NCBI GenBank assembly: GCA_014894455.1
Contig: JADBLN010000012.1
Location: forward strand, 24,134 to 88,133
Length of the DNA stretch: 64,000 nt
From: Acidobacteriota bacterium
GTDB lineage: Bacteria > Acidobacteriota > Aminicenantia > Aminicenantales > Saccharicenantaceae
Direction of reading: 5' to 3'
Below, piece after piece: positions 55,192-63,792 of this stretch (positions within the stretch are counted from its first letter, which is position 1; every line of letters starts with the position of its first letter). The notes beneath the pieces were generated by a model. The model did no database searches, was not told the DNA's origin, and was given only the letters and a program-made list of their open reading frames with translations. The position numbers and the translations under genes were made by a program.

Positions 55192-57362
55192 CCGTTTTCG
55201 CCCGCGTCGTTTTCGCGCTTCCGTTCGACCAGTCCTTTCTTTACGCCGTCCCGGAGGAGTTCCTGGCCGCCGCCCAGCCGGGCTCGCGGGTGGTCGCGCC
55301 GCTCGGAACGAGGCGGCAGAACGGTTTCATCGTCGGCCTGACGACCGAACCTCCGGCCGCCGGGATCAGGGTCAAGGAACTCGTCCAGGTCCTCGACAAC
55401 AGGCCGTTCCGGGACGAGCGCTTCCTCGAATTCACGGGCTGGTTGAGCGCGGAATTCCTTTCGTCCTGGGGCGAGGTGCTCCAGGCGTCCCTGCCGCCTT
55501 CGCTCGCCCTCAAGACGAAAACGACCGTCTGCCTGACCGAACCCGGCCGGGCCGGACTCGGGAAAAAGGGACTCGGTCCCAAGGAACGCATCCTAGCGGC
55601 CGTCCTGGCCGATGCTCCCAAGGGACGGAGCCCTCTTTTCCTCCGGAGGAAGACGGGCGGGAAGGACGTCTCCGGGCTCATCGCCCGGATGGAGAAGAAA
55701 GGGCTCGTCGAAGTCCGAAAGATAGCCGCCAAAGCGCCCCGGCCGCCCAAGGCCGGCGGGCCCGAAGCGTCCGTACAGCTCGGTCTGGACTTCCCCGACG
55801 CCGTCCTGGACGCCGGCATCCTGGCGCCGGTCGAGAGGGACATCAGCGAAAGACGTTTCGGCGCCTGGTATCTCTTCGGGTCCGCGGCGTCCCGGAGAGC
55901 GGCTTTCCAGAGCCTCGTCCGGCGGGCGCTCGGCGCGGGGGGACGGGTCCTCTATCTTTTTCCGGAGGTCGCCCCGAGCGGGGAATTCGCGGCCCGTTTC
56001 AAGAACGATCACGGTCGGACGGCCGTCGTCTTCCACAGCCGGATGACCGAGAGGCAGAAAGAGGACGCCTGGCGGACCCTGAAGAGCGGCCGCGCCGCGC
56101 TCGTCGCCGGGACGCGTTCGGCCCTTTTCCTCGAAACGGGGCCGCTGCGGCTCATCGTCGTCGACGAAGAGCAGGAGGAGTCGTATGTCCAGGCCGAGAG
56201 CCCGTCCTACGACGCCCGGCGCGGCGCGTGGCTTCGGGCCAAGTCCGAGGATGCGGTCATCGTCTACGGGTCGTCCCGGCCGACCGTGGAAGGCTACGCC
56301 GAGGCCCGGCGGCAGAGGATGCTCATCGAGATCGGCACGGAGCTGCGGCGGACCCGGGTCACCTTGGTCGACCACTCCCGGGACATCCCTCTCATCTCCC
56401 GGGAACTCGAACAAAAGCTCCGGGCGAACCTGGCGAAAGGGGAGGCCGCCATCCTCTTTCTCAACCGGCGCGGGTATGCCTCCCAGCTCGCCTGCTCCGG
56501 GTGCGGCCGCGTTCCCCGCTGTCCTCGCTGCGACATCCCCCTCGTCTTCCATAAGACCGAGAGCCGCCTCGTCTGCCATTACTGCAACCATGCCGAGGAC
56601 ACCCGGAAGGCCTGCTCCGGCTGCGGCGGCGAAGTCGTCCTCAGACGCGGCGCCGGGACGCAGGCCGTCGAGGAGGAACTCGGTCGGCTTTTCCCCCAGG
56701 TCCGGGTGGGGCGTTTCGACGCGGACACGGCCGGCGGACCGGAGGAGAGGGCCGATATCATCGCCGGCTTCGTCAAGGGAAAGGTCCCCCTCCTCGTCGG
56801 CACCCAGCTCCTCGTCCATCAGCCGGGCGTTCCGAGGGTCGGGCTCGTCGGCATCCTCAAGCCCGAGGCGCTCCTGGGCTTTTCCGATTATCGGGCCGGT
56901 CAAAAGACCTTCGAGGCGGTCTCGGCGATGCTGGACTTCTGCCGCGACGCGCCGGACGCGGAGGCGGTCGTCCAGACGACAGCGCCGGCCCACTTCAGCA
57001 TCGAGGCGGCCGCGGCGGGCGACTACCGGGCCTTCTACGACAAGGAGATCGAGTTCCGGCGCGTTCTGAACTACCCGCCGTTCACTTCCCTGGCCGAAGT
57101 CCTCCTGCAAGGCCGCGACGTCAGAATCCTCGGAGCCAAGTCGCGGGAGCTGCGCGCGCTCCTCCAAAAATACGCGCCCGGCCTCGAAGTGCTCGGCCCG
57201 GCCTTCGCCTCCGTCTCGCGCGTCCGGGACGTCTCCCGCGTCCAGTTCATCCTCAAAGCCGCCGAGCGGGAGACGATCGACCGGGCTCTCCGCGAATCCC
57301 TGCCCAAGATCCGTCTCAAGAAATCGGTCGTCTTCTCTTACTCGCCTTTCCGCGAAGCATAA
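55188..57362 (+). CDS. priA: Primosomal protein N' (PriA) with degenerate helicase motifs
   Basis: N-terminal 3'-DNA-binding-domain-like start (VFARVVFALPFDQSFLYAVP), four CxxC zinc-binding pairs (CSGCG..CPRCD..CHYCN..CSGCG) and LNYPPF. The Walker A position reads GSAASRRA, and DEEH reads DEEQ. Confidence 0.85.
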   Translation: MTVFARVVFALPFDQSFLYAVPEEFLAAAQPGSRVVAPLGTRRQNGFIVGLTTEPPAAGIRVKELVQVLDNRPFRDERFLEFTGWLSAEFLSSWGEVLQASLPPSLALKTKTTVCLTEPGRAGLGKKGLGPKERILAAVLADAPKGRSPLFLRRKTGGKDVSGLIARMEKKGLVEVRKIAAKAPRPPKAGGPEASVQLGLDFPDAVLDAGILAPVERDISERRFGAWYLFGSAASRRAAFQSLVRRALGAGGRVLYLFPEVAPSGEFAARFKNDHGRTAVVFHSRMTERQKEDAWRTLKSGRAALVAGTRSALFLETGPLRLIVVDEEQEESYVQAESPSYDARRGAWLRAKSEDAVIVYGSSRPTVEGYAEARRQRMLIEIGTELRRTRVTLVDHSRDIPLISRELEQKLRANLAKGEAAILFLNRRGYASQLACSGCGRVPRCPRCDIPLVFHKTESRLVCHYCNHAEDTRKACSGCGGEVVLRRGAGTQAVEEELGRLFPQVRVGRFDADTAGGPEERADIIAGFVKGKVPLLVGTQLLVHQPGVPRVGLVGILKPEALLGFSDYRAGQKTFEAVSAMLDFCRDAPDAEAVVQTTAPAHFSIEAAAAGDYRAFYDKEIEFRRVLNYPPFTSLAEVLLQGRDVRILGAKSRELRALLQKYAPGLEVLGPAFASVSRVRDVSRVQFILKAAERETIDRALRESLPKIRLKKSVVFSYSPFREA

Positions 57363-57368
57363 AAAAAA

Positions 57369-57404
57369 GGGCTCGTCCCGCTTCGAGAGAAGCGGGACGA
57401 GCCC
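57369..57404. terminator. Bidirectional intrinsic-terminator-like hairpin between priA (+) and the lipoprotein/pil operon (-)
   Basis: gggctcgtcccgcttc-gaga-gaagcgggacgagccc (16-bp perfect stem, GAGA loop). An A8 run precedes it on the plus strand, which gives a U-run on the minus strand. Confidence 0.7.
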
Positions 57405-57426
57405 CGTGATCGACGTGCGTTCGGGC

Positions 57427-58044
57427 TTACCGCTTGGGAGCGGAGACCTCCGGTTCCCGATAGTCCCCGAAGTAGATCGTCAAGTGGCCTGTCGCCTGGA
57501 CCGGCTTGTCGATCATGTCGTGGCCGAAGATCTCGATCTTGGCCTTGATTTCGATGACCGAGGTCGTCCCGACCAGCCCGACGAGCGGCGCGGCCTGCTT
57601 GGCCGCTTCGAGGACGACCACGAACGGCACGGCGGTCGACTTGTCGACTTCGCAGAGGACCGTGGCGAAGGCCTCGAAGGGGAGCGGGACGTCGACGCCC
57701 GGCGTGCCGGGAGAGGTGGGCAGTTCGAAGGTCACCCGGTAGTTCGTCAGGACGATGTCGTTGAACTGCGACGAGCCGCTGATGGGGTCGGGATTAACCA
57801 GCCGGATCATGATGTTGGCCGTGGCCACGTCGGCTGTGACATAGGTGCCCGAGGTGCCGTTCCTCTGGACATCGGACTGGAGGAAGGCCACGACATCGCC
57901 TTCCGCCGTCATCCCCGTGATGCTTTCGATGATGATCAGGCTGCTGCTGGCGTCGGCCTGTCGCGACAGGTTGTTGCAGCCGGACAAGACGAGGAAGGCG
58001 GCGGCTACCACCAGGACCTTAAGAGTTGGCGTGATCTTTTTCAT
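57427..58044 (-). CDS. Hypothetical lipoprotein encoded immediately downstream of pilQ
   Basis: Lipobox FLVLSGC, and a beta-rich 205-aa body in which I recognise no domain. It starts 16 nt after the pilQ stop. Confidence 0.55.
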   Translation of the reverse strand: MKKITPTLKVLVVAAAFLVLSGCNNLSRQADASSSLIIIESITGMTAEGDVVAFLQSDVQRNGTSGTYVTADVATANIMIRLVNPDPISGSSQFNDIVLTNYRVTFELPTSPGTPGVDVPLPFEAFATVLCEVDKSTAVPFVVVLEAAKQAAPLVGLVGTTSVIEIKAKIEIFGHDMIDKPVQATGHLTIYFGDYREPEVSAPKR

Positions 58045-58060
58045 GGTTCGTGCTCTCCTA

Positions 58061-60352
58061 TTACTTGATGATCCTGGGCGTGATGAAGATCAGCAGCTCC
58101 CGGCTCTGCTTCGTCCGGGCGAAGTTCTTGAAGAGGGAGCCCAGTATCGGAATCTGGTGGAGGAAGGGCACCCGCTCGCGGGTGACCGAGTCCTCCGTCC
58201 GATAGATGCCGCCGATGACCGTCGTGCCGCCGTCGGGGACCATGACCGTCGTCTTGGCGCTCTGCATGGTGATCGGCGGGATGCCGTTGACGAGGTTGGC
58301 GAAGTCGGCCGCGTTGTTCTGGATCTCGATGGTCATGATGATCGTCCCCTCGGCCGTGATCTGGGGCGTCGCCCTCAACTCGAGAGCGGCATTGACGTAC
58401 CGGGTCGTAACGGTGAAGTTGGCCACCGTCTGGACCGGGATCTGGCGGCCCTGGATGATCTCAGCCTGCTGGTTGTTCTGGGTGACCACGGACGGACGGG
58501 AAATGATCTTCCCGTCGCCGCCCGTCTCCAGGGCGGACAGGGCGATGTCGACCCGGAACGTGTCGAGGACATTGGCGAAGGAGAAGCCCAGGGCCGTGTT
58601 GAAGGCCGGGGCGGGCAGGTTGACGGCGTAGCCGCCGAGGGGCCCGCCGATGCCCTTGGTCACTTCGCCCTGGGGGATCAGGGCGCCGTTGACGAAGACG
58701 CTGTTGGGGAACTGGAGGGAGGTCGCATTCCCGTAGAACGGGTCGGCGATGCCCTTGAAGCCCCACTGGATGCCCAGGTTACGGACGAAGGTGGTCGAGG
58801 CCTCGACGACGCGGGCCTCGATGGAGACCTGGGGGGTCGGCGTGTCGACGACGGTGATGAGTTTTTCGAGGAGGTCGAGCTTGTCCCGGACCTCAGAGAT
58901 GAGCAGCGTGTTGGTCCGTTCGTCGACGATCATCTCGCCGCGCGTCGAGATCTTAGAACGGAGGAGGCCGGCGACGTCCTTGGCCTTCGAGTAGGACAGG
59001 GTGATCGTCTTGACGATGACCGGCCCGGCCAGCTCCTTGCTCTCCGTGAGCCGCCGCTGGTCCTCCTCCTCGCGGGTCAGGACGCTGACGGGCGCGATGC
59101 GCAGGATGTTGCCCTCGATCGTCTTGCCCATCTTGTTCTGCTTGAGGATGATATCTAGGACCTGGTCCCAGGGGACGTCCTGGAGGTTGACGGTGACGGC
59201 GCCCCGGACGTCCGGGTCGAAGACGACGTTCAGGCCGGCGAACTCGGCCAGGTAGAGGATGACGTCTCTGAGGTCGGAGTCCTTGAGCTTGAGGCTGATG
59301 ACGTCGCCGGAGTATTTTGCCTCTTCGCCGGAGATCGTTTGGGGCTCGAATTTTCCCTGCTGGTCCTTGGCCGCGGCGGCCTTGGGCTCCTGCGCTGGAG
59401 CGGCGACTTCGCGTGGCGGCAAGAGGGCTTCGGTGGTCACGGTTTTGGCTTCGGCCTTCGGTTCGATCTTCGGGGCGGCCGTCGGCTCGGACTTGGCCGG
59501 GGTCGGCACGGGGGCGGGGGCCGGCGGCGGAGCCGGTTGGACGACGCTCACCGCGGCGGCCGGGTAGAACGAAATGACGAGTCCGTCCGTCCGGGAATCC
59601 ATGGCGTAGAGCCCCGCTTCCTTGAGGTCGAAGACCATGCGGGTGATCGGCCGGGGAGCGGCTCCCTGGAACTGGGCGACCCGGACCCTCTGGACGGTGG
59701 ACCGCGGGTCGTCGATCGGCCAGACATCGGGCTTGACGGTGAGGACGGTGTCGAAGAGGTCGACCACCAGCCGGGGAGGGTTCTCCAGGGCGAATACCTG
59801 GGTGACGGCCGGACCGGTCAAGTTGGCCTTGACAGAGACGCTCTCCGCGCCGGCGGTCGTAGCCAGCTTGCTCAGGAGGATCTCACTCTTGGCCTTGCGG
59901 TCGAGCTCGGATTGGGTGGCGGCGTCGATAATGTAGCTCCCTTGGGCCCTCTGGATCCGGTTGAGCTCGACGACCGTCCGGCCGGTCTCGGCGATGACCC
60001 GGGCCGGAACGCGCTCGCTCAGCCGGACGATGAGGCGCAGGTCCCGAGTCCCGGATTTCTGGATTTGGATATCCCGGATGAACGCGGCTTCGGAGGAGGG
60101 GACGATCGGCGCCGAGGCCGTCTGGGCGCCGGCGAGGTCGAGGACGAGAGTCTGGGGGGATTCGGCCAGGTAATACGCCCTCTGGACGTAAAGCAAGCCG
60201 TCGGTTTCCATGACCAGTTTCGTCGCCAGCGCGCCCGGCTGGATCTGGATCTTGCTGATATTTACGGCGGGGCCCGGCCCCTGGGCGTGCACGACGGAGA
60301 AAAGGAGCACACACAGGCCGGTGATTACGGCTGGCAGGATTCTCTTTTTCAT
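58061..60352 (-). CDS. pilQ: Type IV pilus secretin PilQ (AMIN domains plus secretin)
   Basis: Two AMIN-like N-terminal repeats, an N0/N1 region, and the secretin C-terminus ...ERVPFLHQIPILGSLFKNFARTKQSRELLIFITPRIIK. Confidence 0.88.
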   Translation of the reverse strand: MKKRILPAVITGLCVLLFSVVHAQGPGPAVNISKIQIQPGALATKLVMETDGLLYVQRAYYLAESPQTLVLDLAGAQTASAPIVPSSEAAFIRDIQIQKSGTRDLRLIVRLSERVPARVIAETGRTVVELNRIQRAQGSYIIDAATQSELDRKAKSEILLSKLATTAGAESVSVKANLTGPAVTQVFALENPPRLVVDLFDTVLTVKPDVWPIDDPRSTVQRVRVAQFQGAAPRPITRMVFDLKEAGLYAMDSRTDGLVISFYPAAAVSVVQPAPPPAPAPVPTPAKSEPTAAPKIEPKAEAKTVTTEALLPPREVAAPAQEPKAAAAKDQQGKFEPQTISGEEAKYSGDVISLKLKDSDLRDVILYLAEFAGLNVVFDPDVRGAVTVNLQDVPWDQVLDIILKQNKMGKTIEGNILRIAPVSVLTREEEDQRRLTESKELAGPVIVKTITLSYSKAKDVAGLLRSKISTRGEMIVDERTNTLLISEVRDKLDLLEKLITVVDTPTPQVSIEARVVEASTTFVRNLGIQWGFKGIADPFYGNATSLQFPNSVFVNGALIPQGEVTKGIGGPLGGYAVNLPAPAFNTALGFSFANVLDTFRVDIALSALETGGDGKIISRPSVVTQNNQQAEIIQGRQIPVQTVANFTVTTRYVNAALELRATPQITAEGTIIMTIEIQNNAADFANLVNGIPPITMQSAKTTVMVPDGGTTVIGGIYRTEDSVTRERVPFLHQIPILGSLFKNFARTKQSRELLIFITPRIIK

Positions 60353-60353
60353 G

Positions 60354-60803
60354 TTACAGCTCCTCCGTGATTTCTTTGATGATGTCTCTCGGCCTTATGA
60401 GGGGGATGCCCCGCTCGTGGGTTTTCCGCAAGACCACCTGCGATTCGGAGATGGACAGGACGTACCCGTCCGTGAACTTGTCGCCGACGTTGACGAACAT
60501 GGGGAAGCCCTGGGGCATGCCGATCATGGCGGTGTAGGTTGTTTTATTCTTGATGATCCCGAAGAGGATGAGGTCGTCGATGAACACCTGGGGTTCGCCG
60601 ATGGCCGTCTTCCCCCGCATGTCGCGCCCGGTCAGGAGGTCCTTGAAGGGGTCCCGGCGGCCTTCGGAATTGTAGGTGAACCCGGGCGGAGGTGCGACCG
60701 TTTGCGCGGCCTCGGGCGGCGGCGCGGCGGTCGTCTCCTGGGCGAGGAGAGGGATAAGTCCCGTCAAACCGACGAGGAGGAGGATGAAGGCTGATTTTTT
60801 CAT
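60354..60803 (-). CDS. pilP: Pilus assembly protein PilP-like
   Basis: 149 aa with a signal peptide, RDPFKDLL, and the PilP core LFGIIKNKTTYTAMIG...GDKFTDGYVLSI. It sits between pilO and pilQ. Confidence 0.65.
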   Translation of the reverse strand: MKKSAFILLLVGLTGLIPLLAQETTAAPPPEAAQTVAPPPGFTYNSEGRRDPFKDLLTGRDMRGKTAIGEPQVFIDDLILFGIIKNKTTYTAMIGMPQGFPMFVNVGDKFTDGYVLSISESQVVLRKTHERGIPLIRPRDIIKEITEEL

Positions 60804-60813
60804 CGTTTTTGCC

Positions 60814-61380
60814 TCACTTGTTTTTGGCCGGGGCGGCGACCGGCGCCTCGGCGAAGAAGTAGGTCTTGGCCGTCCAGTCGGCGGAGACCGTGTTCAGCTC
60901 CGTCTGGGGTGTCAGGGACTTGATGGTGAAGTTTTCGATCGTGAACACCCGGGCGAACTTGCTCAGACGGTCGAAGAACAGTCCCAGGTTGTGGTAGCTG
61001 CCCGAGACCTGAATAGGGATGGGCCACTCGGCGTAGAACTCCTTGTCGATCTCGGCCCCCGGCGCGAAGCTGAGGACGTCGAGGCGGGAATCGTAGGCCA
61101 GGGTCTGGATCTGCCGCAGGATGTCCGCCGTTTCCTTCCTCTGGGGGATGTTGACCTCCAGGGTCTTGAGCTTGGCGGTCATGGCGGCGATATCGGCAAC
61201 GATCTTGTCCAGCTCCCGCTTCTTCTGCTTCAGGTTCTGGACCTCCTGCTCGACCTTGATCCGTTCGGCCTTCAGTGCCTCGAGCTTGGTATTCTGAGGT
61301 TTGAAGTAAAAGAGGAAGGCCAGGGCGAAGATGAGGGCGGCGAAGAGAACGTATCCGTACCAGGGCCAGTTTTTCATCAT
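60814..61380 (-). CDS. pilO: Pilus assembly protein PilO
   Basis: N-terminal TM helix, a coiled coil, then the PilO core (...WPIPIQVSGSYHNLGLFFDRLSKFARVFTIENFTI). Confidence 0.75.
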   Translation of the reverse strand: MMKNWPWYGYVLFAALIFALAFLFYFKPQNTKLEALKAERIKVEQEVQNLKQKKRELDKIVADIAAMTAKLKTLEVNIPQRKETADILRQIQTLAYDSRLDVLSFAPGAEIDKEFYAEWPIPIQVSGSYHNLGLFFDRLSKFARVFTIENFTIKSLTPQTELNTVSADWTAKTYFFAEAPVAAPAKNK

Positions 61381-62006
61381 TTCTCCCCTTTCTTGTCGGC
61401 GGGTTCCGCCTTCTCGGGAGCGGGAACGGGCTCCGGCTTCTTCTCGATCACGGCTCGGAGGGCGAACTCCAGGAACTGGTCCCCTTGGCCGGCTCTCTGT
61501 GTCGAGGAAACGAGGTTGACGTTCATGACCTGGGGGCTGGCCTCGAGGCTCGAAATGTAGTCCGCGACGAGGTTGTTCGACAGGGCCCGTCCCTTGATCT
61601 GGATGCCCTTGTCGTCATAGGTCACTTCGCTCAGCCAGACCCAATCCGGGAGGCGGCGGCTCAGCTCGTCCATGAGGCGGGGGGCCAGGTCGCGCTGGGC
61701 GTTGAGGCTCTCGATGAGGGTGATCTTCCTGTCCAGGGATTCCCGGGCTTTCCGCTGCTCCTCGAGCTTGGCCTCGACGTACTGGAGCTGGCTTTTCTCC
61801 TGGCGGGCCTCGGCAAGGGACGTGTTTTCCCTGTCGAACGCCTTTTGCTGGAAGAAATAGAACAGGCCGAGCCCGATGACGAGGAGGAGAAAGACCAGGT
61901 TCCCGAGGCTCGTGCCCTTCTTTCTTCCTTCCTCGGAAATCCCGGGGACGGCGACCGTTTCCCTGATGTCCTTGGTTTCCGGCTTGAGGAGGTTGATCCG
62001 TATCAT
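61377..62006 (-). CDS. pilN: Pilus assembly protein PilN
   Basis: The MIRINLL N-terminus (PilM-binding motif), a TM helix, and a Fimbrial_assembly-like core. ATGA overlap with pilO. Confidence 0.75.
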   Translation of the reverse strand: MIRINLLKPETKDIRETVAVPGISEEGRKKGTSLGNLVFLLLVIGLGLFYFFQQKAFDRENTSLAEARQEKSQLQYVEAKLEEQRKARESLDRKITLIESLNAQRDLAPRLMDELSRRLPDWVWLSEVTYDDKGIQIKGRALSNNLVADYISSLEASPQVMNVNLVSSTQRAGQGDQFLEFALRAVIEKKPEPVPAPEKAEPADKKGEK

Positions 62007-62008
62007 GG

Positions 62009-63088
62009 TTACTTCTCCACCTTTCGGGTTGCCAAACCGACGGCGACACCGAAGATCGGCGCCATATCGCTGAAGTAGACCGCGTCGAACTTCTTGTCAT
62101 CGACCCGGATATTGCGGAAGGGATTGAGGATCTCCGTCTTGATCCTGAATTTGGTCTCGAAGGCGCTGATCATGTTCATGACGTTGGCCAGTCCGCCGCT
62201 GAGGACGATCTGATCGATCTTCCTCTCCCGCTTCTCCGAGGCCTCGTAGAAGGAGAAGGTTTTCTCGATCTCGTCGAGGAGGTCGCGGACGTTCATCGAC
62301 AGGAGTGTCGCGAACTGGTCCGGGGTCGTCGATTTCCCGGGGATGCCCTTGAGGAGCTTTTCCGCCTCTTCGAACGAGATGCTGAGCTCCTTGCGGATGT
62401 TCTCGGTGAAGAAAAAGCCGCCCAGGGACAGGTCACGGAAGAGCTGGGGCGTGCCCCGCTCGACGATGACGACGTTGGTGATGTTGGCCCCGACGTTGAT
62501 GAGGGCGATCGTCTTTTCGGCGAAGATTTCGGGGTAGCTGACTTCGAGGGCGTTCTGGAGGGCGAAGACGTCGACCTCGATGCTCTGGAGGTTCTTCCGG
62601 GCCTGGTTGATGATATTGCTGTAGTTGGCGATCTTGTCCTTCTTGGCGGCCACGAGCAGGATGTCGAGGTTTTTCTCGTCGGTCGAGCGCGCCGGCTTGA
62701 GGATGGCGTAGTCGACGTTCGTCTCCTCATAGGGGTAGGGGATGTTGTGTTTCGCCTCCCAGATGATGGACTCGGCGAGCTCCTGCTTTTCCATGACCGG
62801 GAGGGAGATCTTCTTGATGATGACGGAGTTGCCGGAGATGGAGATGGCCACGTCCTTGTTGGAGATCTTGTTCTCGTCGAAGACCAAGCGGATGGTCTCG
62901 ACGACGGCGGCCGAGTCGATGATGGTCCCCTCCACGATGGCGTCGTGAGGCAACGGCTCGTAACCGATCTTCACCACCTCGTAGGCCTCTTCCGCGCCCT
63001 TCTTCCGGGGGCGGAGTTCGACGGCCTTGATGGAATAGGAACCGATATCCAGCCCGACCACGCTTTTTTCTCGAGAGATACCGAACAT
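62009..63088 (-). CDS. pilM: Pilus assembly ATPase-fold protein PilM
   Basis: VVGLDIGSYSIKAVEL (actin-like ASKHA fold). 359 aa, with the gene order pilMNOPQ. Confidence 0.88.
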   Translation of the reverse strand: MFGISREKSVVGLDIGSYSIKAVELRPRKKGAEEAYEVVKIGYEPLPHDAIVEGTIIDSAAVVETIRLVFDENKISNKDVAISISGNSVIIKKISLPVMEKQELAESIIWEAKHNIPYPYEETNVDYAILKPARSTDEKNLDILLVAAKKDKIANYSNIINQARKNLQSIEVDVFALQNALEVSYPEIFAEKTIALINVGANITNVVIVERGTPQLFRDLSLGGFFFTENIRKELSISFEEAEKLLKGIPGKSTTPDQFATLLSMNVRDLLDEIEKTFSFYEASEKRERKIDQIVLSGGLANVMNMISAFETKFRIKTEILNPFRNIRVDDKKFDAVYFSDMAPIFGVAVGLATRKVEK

Positions 63089-63100
63089 GTTTCCCTGCCT

Positions 63101-63607
63101 TTATGAAGATTGGACTTTTTTAGACTTTTTGATCTTGTCCCTGAGCTTGCGGGCCACCGGCCCGGGCACGAGGCCCTCGACGGAGCCGCCCAGCGCGGCG
63201 ACTTCGCGGACCAGGTTTGAGCTGAGGAACGAATAATTGACGTTGGGCATCATGAAAAACGTCTCGATGTCCGGGGCCAGGTTCCTGTTCATCAGGGCCA
63301 TCTGGAATTCGTACTCGAAGTCCGAAATGGCCCTCAGGCCGCGCATGACGACCCCCGTCCCCCGGGCCCGGGCGAAATCGACCAGGAGCCCGTCGAAGGC
63401 CCGGACTTCGACCTCCTTTTTCGAGGCGAAAATATCTTGAATCATTCTTACTCTCTCTTTAGTCGTGAATAGAGGGGCTTTTTTGGGGTTTTCGAGGACG
63501 GCGACGACGATTCGGTCGAAAACCCTGAGGCCGCGCTCGATGATGTCCACATGCCCGTTCGTGATGGGGTCGAAAGACCCGGGGTACAGGGCGCTCGTTT
63601 CCGGCAT
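63101..63607 (-). CDS. coaD: Phosphopantetheine adenylyltransferase
   Basis: YPGSFDPITNGHVDIIERG, RGLRAISDFEYE and SSNLVREV. It ends 12 nt upstream of pilM. Confidence 0.93.
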   Translation of the reverse strand: MPETSALYPGSFDPITNGHVDIIERGLRVFDRIVVAVLENPKKAPLFTTKERVRMIQDIFASKKEVEVRAFDGLLVDFARARGTGVVMRGLRAISDFEYEFQMALMNRNLAPDIETFFMMPNVNYSFLSSNLVREVAALGGSVEGLVPGPVARKLRDKIKKSKKVQSS

Positions 63608-63645
63608 CTGGACTCTCAGCTAGCTCCTCAATGTGGTTTACTATC

Positions 63646-63674
63646 CAAATATCAAAAAAAAGAGGGCGTGTCAA
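63646..63674 (-). promoter_or_regulatory. Putative promoter TTGACA-N17-TATTTG for the coaD-pilMNOPQ operon
   Basis: Minus strand: TTGACA (63674..63669), 17-nt T-rich spacer, TATTTG (63651..63646). A GAGGAG RBS precedes the coaD ATG. Confidence 0.5.
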
Positions 63675-63792
63675 CGAAAATTCTCGGGGAAAGGGGGTTC
63701 GGGAGGACTTCGCCCACCGCGGCCGTCCAACCGGCTGCCGCTGCCGAAGGCGAACGTTGCTTTTCGGCAGGGAGTATGTTACTTTTTTGGCG

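Noticed and set aside
63725-63770. Hairpin ctgccgaa-N14-ttcggcag upstream of the phosphohexomutase gene, as a riboswitch or attenuator
   Set aside because: It is a single 8-bp stem with a partly palindromic loop (gcgaacgttgc), and I recognise no conserved riboswitch core. There is too little evidence to call more than a generic regulatory hairpin.
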